DNA of 57,775 bases. It comes from a virus (Duplodnaviria; Caudoviricetes). Under the pieces are notes generated by a model. It worked only from the letters and a program-made list of their open reading frames with translations, ran no database searches and was not told the origin of the DNA. A program made the position numbers and the translations under genes. Of the stretch, positions 1-8,849 are shown one piece after another. How positions within the stretch are numbered: position 1 is the first letter of the stretch; every line of letters begins with the position of its first letter. The DNA lies in the IMG/VR virus record IMGVR_UViG_3300031654_000003, positions 1-57,775 of that record; one strand, 5' to 3'.

Positions 1-126
1 TGATGTTTCTGTCAAAGTGCCGTGAGTGCCGGGGATGTTGCCATACTTCGGGAAAACTACCTCATAGCCTTTATTCTTACCCCATTCTTCTTTATTTGAA
101 ACAAACTGCCGAAAGCGATACATACT
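1..126. repeat. Terminal direct repeat, left copy (circular assembly overlap)
   Basis: 1-126 is identical to 57631-57756; the capsid reading frame continues across the junction. Confidence 0.97.
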
Positions 127-173
127 CTCCGTTGCTTCCAGAATATCTGCCGTAAGCCTGGGAAGGGTCAAAT
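1..173 (-). CDS. Major capsid protein exon 2, 5' part (continues at 57630)
   Basis: Open frame LTLPRLTADILEATES upstream of MYRFRQF; spliced product 320 aa. Confidence 0.88.
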
Positions 174-820
174 CAGTTTACTCTGACGCTTTCACGCCAG
201 ACTGGACCATATCTTCACCGGGTCTTTTCCAGTGCTCCACGTATGGCCTCTGAGGAGCGCCTTCCATTTAGGCTTCTTACTTTTTCGGCAAGCTCGATTT
301 CATAGGGGTCATAAGGAATCCGAGTGCATATAGGAGTTTCTTTGACTCTCTTTATTCTATGTTCAATGAAATCAAGCATAAGTTGTGCTCTTTCTCGCTT
401 TCCAATAAGATATGGCAAAACTAACTTGATAAGCTTTCGTGTATTCGCTAACTTATTAGTTTCCACTATCCATACTTGTTTTTTTGTTAATTTTGCTGAA
501 TGATTTCGATAGCGAAGATTAATTCCTGCTCGTTTGCAAATATCATAAGCCTTATCAGTCAATAACTTTTCTGTGTTATTTAAGCTAAAATTAGCTATAA
601 GGCGTCTGTATTTATCGCTTTTCTTATGGAAAGTAACACAAAACCAGAAAGAGCCTTCGCCATCAATAAGTCCACCCAAATAAGCCAATTCAACTTCAGA
701 TGGAAGGCTTTCCTGCTGATTGCCGATTGTTACATCCTGAAGATTGTTACAGTTAGGCAGTACTTCAGGCTTTACGGGTTCCCAGCATACAGTGGAGTTT
801 AAGGAGACCATTTTAACCAT
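174..820 (-). mobile_element. Group I intron (647 nt) in major capsid gene
   Basis: P1 GGAGGCU/GGUCUCC with U-G at the 5' splice site; P UAUGCUGGGAA; Q GGCAAUCAGCAG; P3 CUCCAC/GUGGAG; R UCAGAGGCCAUAC; S AAGAUAUGGUCC; P9 GAAA hairpin; terminal G at 174; splicing restores frame (GG-Y-LTLPRL). Confidence 0.92.
215..820 (-). CDS. Intron-encoded single-motif LAGLIDADG homing endonuclease
   Basis: LAYLGGLIDGEGSF motif; PYLIGKRERA segment; lies within group I core elements. Confidence 0.93.
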   Translation of the reverse strand: MVKMVSLNSTVCWEPVKPEVLPNCNNLQDVTIGNQQESLPSEVELAYLGGLIDGEGSFWFCVTFHKKSDKYRRLIANFSLNNTEKLLTDKAYDICKRAGINLRYRNHSAKLTKKQVWIVETNKLANTRKLIKLVLPYLIGKRERAQLMLDFIEHRIKRVKETPICTRIPYDPYEIELAEKVRSLNGRRSSEAIRGALEKTR

Positions 821-863
821 AGCCTCCAGCCGTGTTTACGGCAAGTAATTGTTCAGTAGCCAT
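821..863 (-). CDS. Major capsid protein exon 1 (MATEQLLAVNTAGG + first nt of Tyr codon)
   Basis: AAGGAG SD upstream of ATG at 863, directly after scaffold; resembles N-termini of N4-gp56-family capsids; joins exon 2 in frame after intron removal. Confidence 0.88.
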
Positions 864-880
864 ATTACTTTCTCCTTATA

Positions 881-1693
881 TCAAATTGGTGATACACTTT
901 TGGTTCTTTCTCTCGCCGCCCTTGTTTTTTTGAGGTAATCCTGTTGTGTGAGCGGCGGCTCTACTGTTTTAGGAGCGGATATTCCTGAAGAACCAAGCCC
1001 CGCAGCCGCAGCAGCAGCCCCGGCAGCAGCCTTTTTCTTTCTCTCTTGCTCTGCTTTCTCCTGCTCGGTTTTAGCGACTGTTGCCCCTTCTTCCTGTAAG
1101 CCTTTGACGAAAGTACGTGCATCACTTATCGCGCCTTGGAGTGCAGTCTCTCTCTTCTCGCCTTTTTTGATTCGGTCATTGAAGAAATGAGTTACAAGCT
1201 GTTCTTTCGGGCCTTTATCTCCCAAGTCTGGAAATTGCTGCCTAAAACCTGTAACAAAGCTATTGGTTCGAATAATATTACTGACTTGACCAAGAACCTT
1301 CTGCATTTCCTTTTTATGCTCGGCGCGAGAGATGTAAGTTCCATCATCCTCACCGCCTGAAACGCTCAAATCACCTTCGCCTTGTAGTGTTTGAGCTTGG
1401 TTTTCAGCAGTACCGGATGGAGCTTCGCTTTCCCAATAAGGCTTGACGATTTCCAGGAGCTTTTTCGCCTCTTCTGCTTCCTGAGACGTCTTTGTAAACT
1501 GAGACTGGAGTTTTTTATGCTTCTCTTCCAGTTTCTTGTACTTATCTTCGGGGGTTTCTGTTTGCGTTTGACCTTCAGAAGTCTGTGTCCCAGCTTGAGA
1601 CTGGTCGGTAGTTTGCCCTTCCGGCGCAGTCTGCTGGGATTGACTATCCTGTCCTTCGGTCGTTACTGTTTGGTCTTGTTCTTGAATATCCAT
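881..1693 (-). CDS. Capsid scaffolding protein
   Basis: Q/T/E-rich disordered N-terminus, YKKLEEKHKKLQSQFTK coiled coil, basic C-terminal helix; immediately upstream of capsid gene. Confidence 0.8.
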   Translation of the reverse strand: MDIQEQDQTVTTEGQDSQSQQTAPEGQTTDQSQAGTQTSEGQTQTETPEDKYKKLEEKHKKLQSQFTKTSQEAEEAKKLLEIVKPYWESEAPSGTAENQAQTLQGEGDLSVSGGEDDGTYISRAEHKKEMQKVLGQVSNIIRTNSFVTGFRQQFPDLGDKGPKEQLVTHFFNDRIKKGEKRETALQGAISDARTFVKGLQEEGATVAKTEQEKAEQERKKKAAAGAAAAAAGLGSSGISAPKTVEPPLTQQDYLKKTRAARERTKSVSPI

Positions 1694-1766
1694 TTTGTTA
1701 CTCCTTTTGAAACATGCGCCTGAGTCCCCAAAGGGTTGTTCAGACTGGTTTTTGAAACGGTTAAAT

Positions 1767-1840
1767 AAAAAAAGCCCCTAAAGCTGCGCTATTTGCACAA
1801 CCATAGGGGCTATCATTTCAAGTTATCCCTAAACTCTATT
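1767..1840 (-). terminator. Intrinsic terminator preceded by AATAG-hairpin-TGAAA element
   Basis: AGCCCCTA...TAGGGGCT + T-tract upstream of scaffold gene. Confidence 0.75.
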
Positions 1841-1875
1841 TAATTGTCAGTCGAGTTTTGTTAGGTCACTTTCTC

Positions 1876-2070
1876 TCAACAAAAAATGTCTGGTTTTTGT
1901 CGCTCTATATCTTCTATTTCTTTAGGAGAGTATCCCTTCATTATCATTTCTATATTCCAAAAATATTTAGCAACTGATTTATCATCACAAATAATATCAT
2001 CAAAACCATCAAAATTAATACGTGTATTATGCCAGCTTTTACTTTTTTCATCTAATGGAAACTTATCCAT
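1876..2070 (-). CDS. Hypothetical protein
   Basis: AAGGGA SD, coupled to upstream ORF. Confidence 0.5.
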   Translation of the reverse strand: MDKFPLDEKSKSWHNTRINFDGFDDIICDDKSVAKYFWNIEMIMKGYSPKEIEDIERQKPDIFC

Positions 2071-2338
2071 TCAGTTTTGTCCCTTTTTTAATCATTCCAC
2101 ATTTAGGCAAAACTTCATATTCTCCAGAAAAAGGATTATATTTATAAACATTAGTTTCACTAAAAACTAATAAATCGACTTCAAGATTAGAACCAGAAGA
2201 GTCGCTATCTAATACCTTATAGCCCCAAATCTCCCCTGATTCTGAATCTTCTTGAGGCAATGCTTTCATCAATGACTTTACAAACGGCAAAGCCGCCAAA
2301 CCTGCAAATAAACTCTTTAGAAAACTTCTACGGTTCAT
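2063..2338 (-). CDS. Small protein with twin-arginine (Tat-like) signal
   Basis: MNRRSFLKSLFAGLAALPFV from internal ATG at 2338. Confidence 0.6.
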   Translation of the reverse strand: MNRRSFLKSLFAGLAALPFVKSLMKALPQEDSESGEIWGYKVLDSDSSGSNLEVDLLVFSETNVYKYNPFSGEYEVLPKCGMIKKGTKLNG

Positions 2339-2454
2339 AGAAATTCCGCATACAAAAAAGCAAAAATAAAACATCCAATGGCTATAATGCCAAATAGAAA
2401 AGCTGCAAATTCTAATTTTGACCATTTTTTAATTGGTTTCATTTCTGCGCCTTT

Positions 2455-2640
2455 TTAACCGCCTGCAAACTCTTTCCTTGCTATCTTTATCCTCTCCCGC
2501 TCCGATTCTTTTACTATATCCTGTACCTCACCTTCATAAAAATTTATCTCAAGCTTTAACTGGCCTGTAAATTTCGGCTTATGCAGCTTCAAAGAACATA
2601 TTATAGCTTCTATCTCTTTTAGCACAACCTCAATGTTCAT
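2455..2640 (-). CDS. Small protein, DUF2292/YezD-like
   Basis: Helix followed by FTGQLKLEINFYEGEVQDI beta pattern and basic tail. Confidence 0.45.
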   Translation of the reverse strand: MNIEVVLKEIEAIICSLKLHKPKFTGQLKLEINFYEGEVQDIVKESERERIKIARKEFAGG

Positions 2641-3008
2641 AATTGCAGTTCTACAATAGCACCTTTCTTAGATTCACATAAATGCTTAACCAACATTTTT
2701 TCAGTCTTTTCTGACATAGAATTAACAAAATGACGAATCATAACTAGATTATTACCAGCAACCCAAAAATCCCAATCGATAATTTGCCTGTTACAAAAGT
2801 GTTGAAGTTCTACTCCGACTTCATTACCACCATAAGGACCAAACAGTCTAACTTCGGGTTGATTCGTAACCAGTATTTTTGATACTGCTTGTTCATCTAA
2901 AGGGCGATACTTATCCCGCCAAAAATCATCGTTTCGTTTTAATTCAAGATAAAAAAACTTTTTAGTCACAAAAGGCCAAAGTTTCCCAATTATTCGTCTT
3001 AGTTTCAT
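2637..3008 (-). CDS. Hypothetical protein
   Basis: 123-aa ORF, stop overlaps next start. Confidence 0.55.
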   Translation of the reverse strand: MKLRRIIGKLWPFVTKKFFYLELKRNDDFWRDKYRPLDEQAVSKILVTNQPEVRLFGPYGGNEVGVELQHFCNRQIIDWDFWVAGNNLVMIRHFVNSMSEKTEKMLVKHLCESKKGAIVELQL

Positions 3009-3172
3009 CTTAGCTAAAAATAAACCTTATAGAACCAAATGAGCCAAATTCTCCATTAACCAGAGATACATAATCTCCACGCTTTGTAAGTCTTTCTATG
3101 TGCCTATTAAAATAATACTTAGCTTTGGGAGTTAACATACGCAAATTGCCCTGAAACATTTTTTTGCTATTC

Positions 3173-3382
3173 TTACTCATTTTGAGGATTTGCTAAAATC
3201 ATTGTATAGATAACATTTCCATGTCGGCAATTTTTGTTTACTTCATAATAAGATATAATCGGCTCCAAAACCGTTCTATAACAAAATGGACAATAGTAAA
3301 GAAGCATTTTCATGGTTGCATTGCCCATTTCATCAAAATTGTAATACTTACTATTGAGTATAGGGTCAGTTTCTTTATTCAT
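3173..3382 (-). CDS. Small CxxC protein
   Basis: YCPFC...CRH. Confidence 0.45.
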   Translation of the reverse strand: MNKETDPILNSKYYNFDEMGNATMKMLLYYCPFCYRTVLEPIISYYEVNKNCRHGNVIYTMILANPQNE

Positions 3383-3674
3383 TTTGACCCTTTAATGCAG
3401 CCTCCTTCAAAATCTTATCAGCCTCCTCGCCCTCAGCTAACGTAGATTCCACTAACACAAAAATGGCATCTATGGCGTTTATGCTTTGCTGAACGTAGTT
3501 CAGGTCTATAATGTTCTCGAACTTCTTGCTGAGCATGGTCTTGATAAGCCCCTCCCGCCTTCCGGCAAGTGCCGGTCTAATTACTTCTGTCCAGCCGCGA
3601 GTCCTTATGGTCTCGTTTACCATACCAGCCCGCTCGGACATCTCTTGTAATTCGATTTCAGGTATCTCAACCAT
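3375..3674 (-). CDS. Conserved head-module protein between portal and scaffold
   Basis: TRGWTEVIRP helical protein at the usual post-portal position. Confidence 0.6.
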   Translation of the reverse strand: MVEIPEIELQEMSERAGMVNETIRTRGWTEVIRPALAGRREGLIKTMLSKKFENIIDLNYVQQSINAIDAIFVLVESTLAEGEEADKILKEAALKGQNE

Positions 3675-3993
3675 TTCTACGCATTTGCTCCTTCTTCTGA
3701 CGCCTCTTGTCTATGTAGGCTTGACTGGCCTGTTTGGATAGGTCATCAGGCATACAAAGCTTTTGAACTTCTAAGGTATAATCGAACTTTTTGCCCTTGC
3801 CTTCATCACTTGACCTTATGCCGACAAGTTTGCAATCTGCCTGTACTTTCATCATTTTACCGATGTCTTGGTCATCAAAGCTGGATATACCACCCACGCC
3901 TTTATCGCTATAGTAAATTGTCGGATAGTATTTCTTCTTTGAAGATTTGCCAACTGCCTCAACTGGTTTCTCAGCTAAATCTATGGTTTTCAT
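3667..3993 (-). CDS. Head-associated protein (possible capsid staple/decoration)
   Basis: KYYPTIY...IGKMMKVQADCKLVG...YTLEVQKL beta-rich pattern. Confidence 0.5.
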   Translation of the reverse strand: MKTIDLAEKPVEAVGKSSKKKYYPTIYYSDKGVGGISSFDDQDIGKMMKVQADCKLVGIRSSDEGKGKKFDYTLEVQKLCMPDDLSKQASQAYIDKRRQKKEQMRRNG

Positions 3994-4196
3994 GTCACTT
4001 TCCTTTGCTTGTTACAGAGGGGTATTTTGTTTAGGCGTAATTCTTTACGCACACTATCAATAGTTAATCCCCATATTTCGCTTAATTTGCGTATTGAACG
4101 ACCATAAATAACGTATTCTCGATACCACCATTTCTTGCTGAATTGTCTTAAATCTTGGCATTTTATTCTTTCTATTTTTAGCCAATTTGCATTCAT
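3990..4196 (-). CDS. Small HTH-like protein
   Basis: RSIRKLSEIWGLTIDSVRKEL; AT-rich insert. Confidence 0.45.
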   Translation of the reverse strand: MNANWLKIERIKCQDLRQFSKKWWYREYVIYGRSIRKLSEIWGLTIDSVRKELRLNKIPLCNKQRKVT

Positions 4197-4408
4197 TTCT
4201 TCGTCTTTCTCTGCTTCTCTCTCCGCTTATCTACATAAGCTTTCTGCTTTACGTCCTGAGCAGGCGTGCCAGTTGGAATAAATCCATGCTCGATTGCGTT
4301 CAGTAATCTCTTTTGGCTCTTGGCCTTCTTTTTTGTGGTATTCTTGGCTTTGACACCGTGCGGCGTTGATACTTGATATCCATCGACCTTTTTTATCTTA
4401 ACTGGCAT
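4193..4408 (-). CDS. Small basic virion-module protein
   Basis: GGAGA SD; K-rich; TTKKKAKSQKRLLNAIEHG. Confidence 0.65.
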   Translation of the reverse strand: MPVKIKKVDGYQVSTPHGVKAKNTTKKKAKSQKRLLNAIEHGFIPTGTPAQDVKQKAYVDKRREKQRKTKK

Positions 4409-4710
4409 GGGTTTATCTCCTTATCTTTCCTCTTTGGGTTCTACATAACATTCAGAACATACATGAAAACCACCACGATTAGTGACTAAAAAATACTCCC
4501 ACGGTCTCTCTCGGCACTTTTCGCAATAGATTATTTCATGCTCCTGCAATTGAGCCACTATGCTCTTCAGCTTTTTTAGAGTCAGCATTTTTTAACTTGT
4601 TATAACTTTCTACGGTTTGGCAACCACAATCAATCTTTGGTACAAAGTCCGATGCGCCTATGAAAATAGGAGGTTTGTTTTTCTGCTTTTCTTTGGTTTT
4701 TGTTTCCATT

Positions 4711-6801
4711 TTAAGCTACCTTCAGCTTCGTCAATTCCTGCGGATTCATTCCAGCTACCTGCTTTCGGGCATCCTCTGCCGCCCTCTGCTGGATTGCCTG
4801 CGAAACGCCTGGGGGCAAAGCCTGTTGACCTGCTGGCTGACCAACTGGCGGCATCATTCCACCCACCTGCTGCATTGCTCCACCTGGCTGCATTCCTAAA
4901 CCTGCCTGTGGTGGCATCAAGGCTGGCTGTCCCTGCTCTAAAGCCTGACCACCCATCTGAGACTCGAACTCCTCATCCTCAATATAAACATCCCCGATGT
5001 TCCACACGTCCAAGAGTCGCTTCCAAAGGTCATTAACCTTTGTTCTTTGCTTAAGTTCTGGGCTTTTCAAAGACAACGTCAGGCTGTGCATCAGCTTTTC
5101 TACCTGCTCTCTTTGAAGGAGCAGGAGCGATAAACCACCAACATCGAACTGGTATTTCTTGTCGGTAAAGTTCCCGAACTGAACCATCATAGCGTAAGAA
5201 TCCTCAAGAATCCTCCTTATCGAGTTCTGCTCAAGGTCGCGGGCTATTACATCAAAATAACCATGCGATTCGGCAGTTTTAATTTGAACTTCACCAAGCG
5301 TTTTATCTTTTTTGCCCTCTAATCCACTAATAAATTCTGTCACGGCATGACCTTCTTGCATCTCTCTGTCAATTATCTCATAAGACTTAAATACATCTTG
5401 CTTCAAAGGAGTAACAATTACTTCTCGAATGACCTGTTTGCCGTCAGAATTAACCCTTATCTGCTTGCCTGGGTAAAGCCTCAGCATGGCCTGTGGGTTT
5501 TCTAAATCGTGTGGGTTGTACTCAAACATCTTGTTTACAGTGTAGTTCAGGTTGTCTATCGCCATATTGATGATGTTGTTCAAGGTAAGCTGCAACTTGG
5601 CCTCTGCCTGAACCAAAGAAACACCGGCTATCCCTCTGTGCGGATAGACGATTGGAATGGTAAAATTGTAAGGAATCTTCTTGTCTTTGAATGGAATATC
5701 CTGCTTGCTGATGAGGTACTGCTCGTTTGCCAGCATCATCAATTGGTCTTTCCTGGACTTCTTGCCGTCCTTCGAAACCACCTTGCCCCAGAATTGAAGG
5801 ACTTCCACCCTTTTATCCGAAAGATGAGTATGCTTACTCAGCCCCAGTCTTCTTGCTGTTTTGGCCTCTTCGTCACTATTTACGTAATCACCCTCTATCT
5901 TCCTAATTTCGGCCATGTCGAAGATTTCAGTCTCACCACCTTCTGCCATCGCTGAATTGGTATTTTCCGCCCATTCGTAAAGCTCAGACAAGTCCATTAC
6001 AATCCGCTCAACGATATATTTCGGTGGCTTCCTCTGAAAAGGCTTGTATGCAGGGTCAATATAAAGGTTCAAGACATCAACATTAGTGTACTCAACCAGC
6101 TTCTCCTCCTTGTCCCAAACCCTCTTTAGGCAACCGAAACCCAATAGAATCGCCGTCTTTATCATCTCGGCATAAGCTACCACAAAGTTAGTTTTCTTCA
6201 GAAGACTCTTAAATCTTCTTTCGGTCTCCCTCAACTCATCGTTCTTGTCATCAAGGTCAGCCTGAATATCTTTTAGCTCTTTCTGAAGCCCTATAACGGA
6301 TAGTTCAATCTCTCTTAAGTCTTCTCTGGGTCTTCCCATTGATGTTAGCTGTTGATATTGCTCAAAAGCGGCTCGAATTTGCCTTCTAATCTTCCTCATG
6401 CTGTTGTTTATCGCTGCAATCTCATCCTCATCATGCTCGACATTAAAAAGCTTTGAGACCTGAAGAATAGCCCTTTTAATCAGCATTGAGGCCCGTTCAA
6501 CAACCATAAACAGCTTGGGAATAAAGAGCTTTGACTGCCAGTTCTCTTTGAGTGAATTATCCTGCTTGTTCTGGTAGATATCCCAAAGCTCCCGCTGCTG
6601 AGTCCTTAAATCTTTGGTTGATTCATCAGCCTCTTTCTTGCCGTTTATAATATAGCTCTTGAGATAATCCTTGTCGTTAAGGCTGTCATCTACCTCTTGC
6701 TCGGCCTTCGGCTGCATCTTCTTCTTTAAGTCGGCAGCATCCTCGGCGTGCTCTTTTTCCTGCTCAGAAACACTTATGTTTTTACGACTTCGCTTTGCCA
6801 T
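4711..6801 (-). CDS. Portal protein (P22-like)
   Basis: WQSKLFIP, GFGCLK, LYIDP, GVSLV...LQLTLNNIINMAIDN, KTLGEVQI motifs; 696 aa; follows TerL. Confidence 0.88.
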   Translation of the reverse strand: MAKRSRKNISVSEQEKEHAEDAADLKKKMQPKAEQEVDDSLNDKDYLKSYIINGKKEADESTKDLRTQQRELWDIYQNKQDNSLKENWQSKLFIPKLFMVVERASMLIKRAILQVSKLFNVEHDEDEIAAINNSMRKIRRQIRAAFEQYQQLTSMGRPREDLREIELSVIGLQKELKDIQADLDDKNDELRETERRFKSLLKKTNFVVAYAEMIKTAILLGFGCLKRVWDKEEKLVEYTNVDVLNLYIDPAYKPFQRKPPKYIVERIVMDLSELYEWAENTNSAMAEGGETEIFDMAEIRKIEGDYVNSDEEAKTARRLGLSKHTHLSDKRVEVLQFWGKVVSKDGKKSRKDQLMMLANEQYLISKQDIPFKDKKIPYNFTIPIVYPHRGIAGVSLVQAEAKLQLTLNNIINMAIDNLNYTVNKMFEYNPHDLENPQAMLRLYPGKQIRVNSDGKQVIREVIVTPLKQDVFKSYEIIDREMQEGHAVTEFISGLEGKKDKTLGEVQIKTAESHGYFDVIARDLEQNSIRRILEDSYAMMVQFGNFTDKKYQFDVGGLSLLLLQREQVEKLMHSLTLSLKSPELKQRTKVNDLWKRLLDVWNIGDVYIEDEEFESQMGGQALEQGQPALMPPQAGLGMQPGGAMQQVGGMMPPVGQPAGQQALPPGVSQAIQQRAAEDARKQVAGMNPQELTKLKVA

Positions 6802-6803
6802 CT

Positions 6804-6917
6804 TTATTTGCTCTTATACGGCGTGCCTATTGGGCCTTTACGATTTCCTCTACCTAAGCCTCGGCCCATACCCTTACTACGAATCTTACTGCCTGGACAT
6901 TTCTTCTTCTTTGCCAT
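6804..6917 (-). CDS. 37-aa basic Gly-rich peptide (below ORF-track cutoff)
   Basis: MAKKKKCPGSKIRSKGMGRGLGRGNRKGPIGTPYKSK with AAGGA SD; stop 2 nt before portal ATG. Confidence 0.6.
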   Translation of the reverse strand: MAKKKKCPGSKIRSKGMGRGLGRGNRKGPIGTPYKSK

Positions 6918-6957
6918 TCAATTCCTTCACTAATTCATTAACATTAAAACGAGCTGA

Positions 6958-7209
6958 TCATTTATCGCACTCAAATTCCCTACTCCCGCGACTTAGACTT
7001 TTAAGTAAAGAAATATCAATCATTTCATCCGCATCCAGCTTAGCCTCAAACTCCCCGCACCAATCATTAAAATCAACAGGAGGCCATCTGGCACTAACAC
7101 CTGATGTTGAACTATATTTATTCTCCACTACGATTGGTGAACGTCTTCTACAACAAAGAATATCCCACCACTTACAATCTTTGCAGGTCTGTGTCTTTTC
7201 TTTACTCAC
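6958..7209 (-). CDS. Cys-rich small protein
   Basis: CKDCKWW...CRRRSP...WPPV..NDWCGEF pattern common in phages. Confidence 0.6.
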   Translation of the reverse strand: MSKEKTQTCKDCKWWDILCCRRRSPIVVENKYSSTSGVSARWPPVDFNDWCGEFEAKLDADEMIDISLLKSLSRGSREFECDK

Positions 7210-7230
7210 AAGCTCGTCCTCATTATTTTT

Positions 7231-7431
7231 TTGACAATTATTTTCTTCTTACTTATAATAAAGCGAGCCGACCATCTGCCAAGGGTTACTTCCTTGCGTT
7301 GTCCTTGTGGTAAACCAGCCAAACAATATCACCATTATAAGGGCTATAGACCCGAATATTGGCTTTGCGTCATTGCTTTGTGTATAAAATGCCATTTTCT
7401 TGCAAATCAGAGTGAGGTATGCATCGAATAG
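7231..7431 (+). pseudogene. HNH endonuclease-like fragment, antisense to late operon
   Basis: CPCGKPAKQYHHYKGY...VIALCIKCH; no convincing start. Confidence 0.5.
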
Positions 7432-8849
7432 CTGCAGGCTGCTCGGTCATCCTCCTGCTGGGGGCCATGACCCATATCATCAGGATAAATCGCCTCGCTG
7501 TCGTACTCAATATGGCTCAAGCCCCATAAACCGTAAATAAGACAATCAGCCCTATTAGGTGAATGGCCTATCCGGTCAGCTTTCTTTAGGATTTCCTTAG
7601 CCTCGACCTTGTAGCCCCTCGGAGTAAGCTCAAAACCTACCTGTGAAAGCTCCTCAATCAGAATAGGGTCATCGGGTATGCCAGCCTCCCTCTCGGCAAA
7701 AGCTCTTTTTGCCTCCCACCACATCTCTGCCCTGCGGTTGAAGAACTGTATGCCCTCAGAGTTCTTCGTTGAAGCCTCTCTGGAATCAGCCAAAAGAAGC
7801 TTCTCACCCATCTTGGAAAGCCACGTCCGGGTATCGGCGCCAATGCCTATCGGGTCCAAAACTACTGCCTGAGCCTTAATCTCCCTTCTCATTATCTGGC
7901 AATAAGCCGCTATCTGAGAGCCATCCTTCTCTTTGAAAAACTTATGCTTGATTATTTCACCGTTCTTAATCCCGTAGATTACGCCTTCATCATCACCGAA
8001 CTCACACGGATCACAGGCGATTATCGTCTTGTCCCGCATGGGTATATACTTATGATTTATCGCTTCTCTTATGTCGGAGTAGGGAATAACCTTGTCGGAT
8101 ATGTCGAGGTCTTCCCAGGAGTTTAGGACAAAGCGGTTAAATAAATGCGGAGCCTCTGTTTTCATTCTTATCTTGTCTTGGATATAATCGACAGGTAAAT
8201 TACTCTGATTATCGAATGTTGTTGCTTCAAAAAGCTCATATTGGTTCGGGCCGAAAGATTCCAAAACTTCTTCTCTATTCCATCCACTTTCCCTCATTAA
8301 CTCTCGAATATCTTCTTCTGTTGGTAGAGGTAAATCTTTTATCTTCCAAAACCGATAAATCCAATTATGACCTTTAGTATTAGCAATAATGCAACCAAAG
8401 TGCGGAACGTCCTCTCTCCGATTCCTTCCCCTTAGCATTTGAAACTCTTTATCCGTATCGAATTCCTCGGCTTGTTCCATTACAAACCCACCAAGGTTCA
8501 TATTCTGCAAAACTTCGCTACTTGCAATTTGCTCTCCATGCCTGAACATCAAAATTGAGCCATTATCAAAGTGAACATTCTTATCACTGCCAACTTTTAA
8601 TTTTGTATATTTCTCAAAATCAGGAATGGTCGAATCTTCAAGACGCATATATTCTTTACGAACAACAAGCCATTGATTATTGGGATAATCTTCACAATTC
8701 TTAACTGCCTTAAAAATACCAAACATTGTTTTGCCAGTCCCCCATCCAGCAACAAAAGCGGGAAAACTGGCTTGACTTCTCATAAAGCCAGACTGAAAAG
8801 GCTTCATCTTGATATGTCTAATATTTTCTTCAATTAAACTATTTTTCAT
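7407..8849 (-). CDS. terL: Terminase large subunit
   Basis: Walker A AGWGTGKT, Walker B-like FVMEQAEE, RNase H-like IACDPCEFGDD and SPNRAD. Confidence 0.95.
   Translation of the reverse strand: MKNSLIEENIRHIKMKPFQSGFMRSQASFPAFVAGWGTGKTMFGIFKAVKNCEDYPNNQWLVVRKEYMRLEDSTIPDFEKYTKLKVGSDKNVHFDNGSILMFRHGEQIASSEVLQNMNLGGFVMEQAEEFDTDKEFQMLRGRNRREDVPHFGCIIANTKGHNWIYRFWKIKDLPLPTEEDIRELMRESGWNREEVLESFGPNQYELFEATTFDNQSNLPVDYIQDKIRMKTEAPHLFNRFVLNSWEDLDISDKVIPYSDIREAINHKYIPMRDKTIIACDPCEFGDDEGVIYGIKNGEIIKHKFFKEKDGSQIAAYCQIMRREIKAQAVVLDPIGIGADTRTWLSKMGEKLLLADSREASTKNSEGIQFFNRRAEMWWEAKRAFAEREAGIPDDPILIEELSQVGFELTPRGYKVEAKEILKKADRIGHSPNRADCLIYGLWGLSHIEYDSEAIYPDDMGHGPQQEDDRAACSYSMHTSL

Noticed and set aside
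1-126. Biological direct terminal repeat
   Set aside because: Falls mid-capsid gene and is followed by adapter; looks like an assembly overlap
6671-7234. 187-aa plus-strand ORF
   Set aside because: Ser/Leu-rich shadow across three real minus-strand genes
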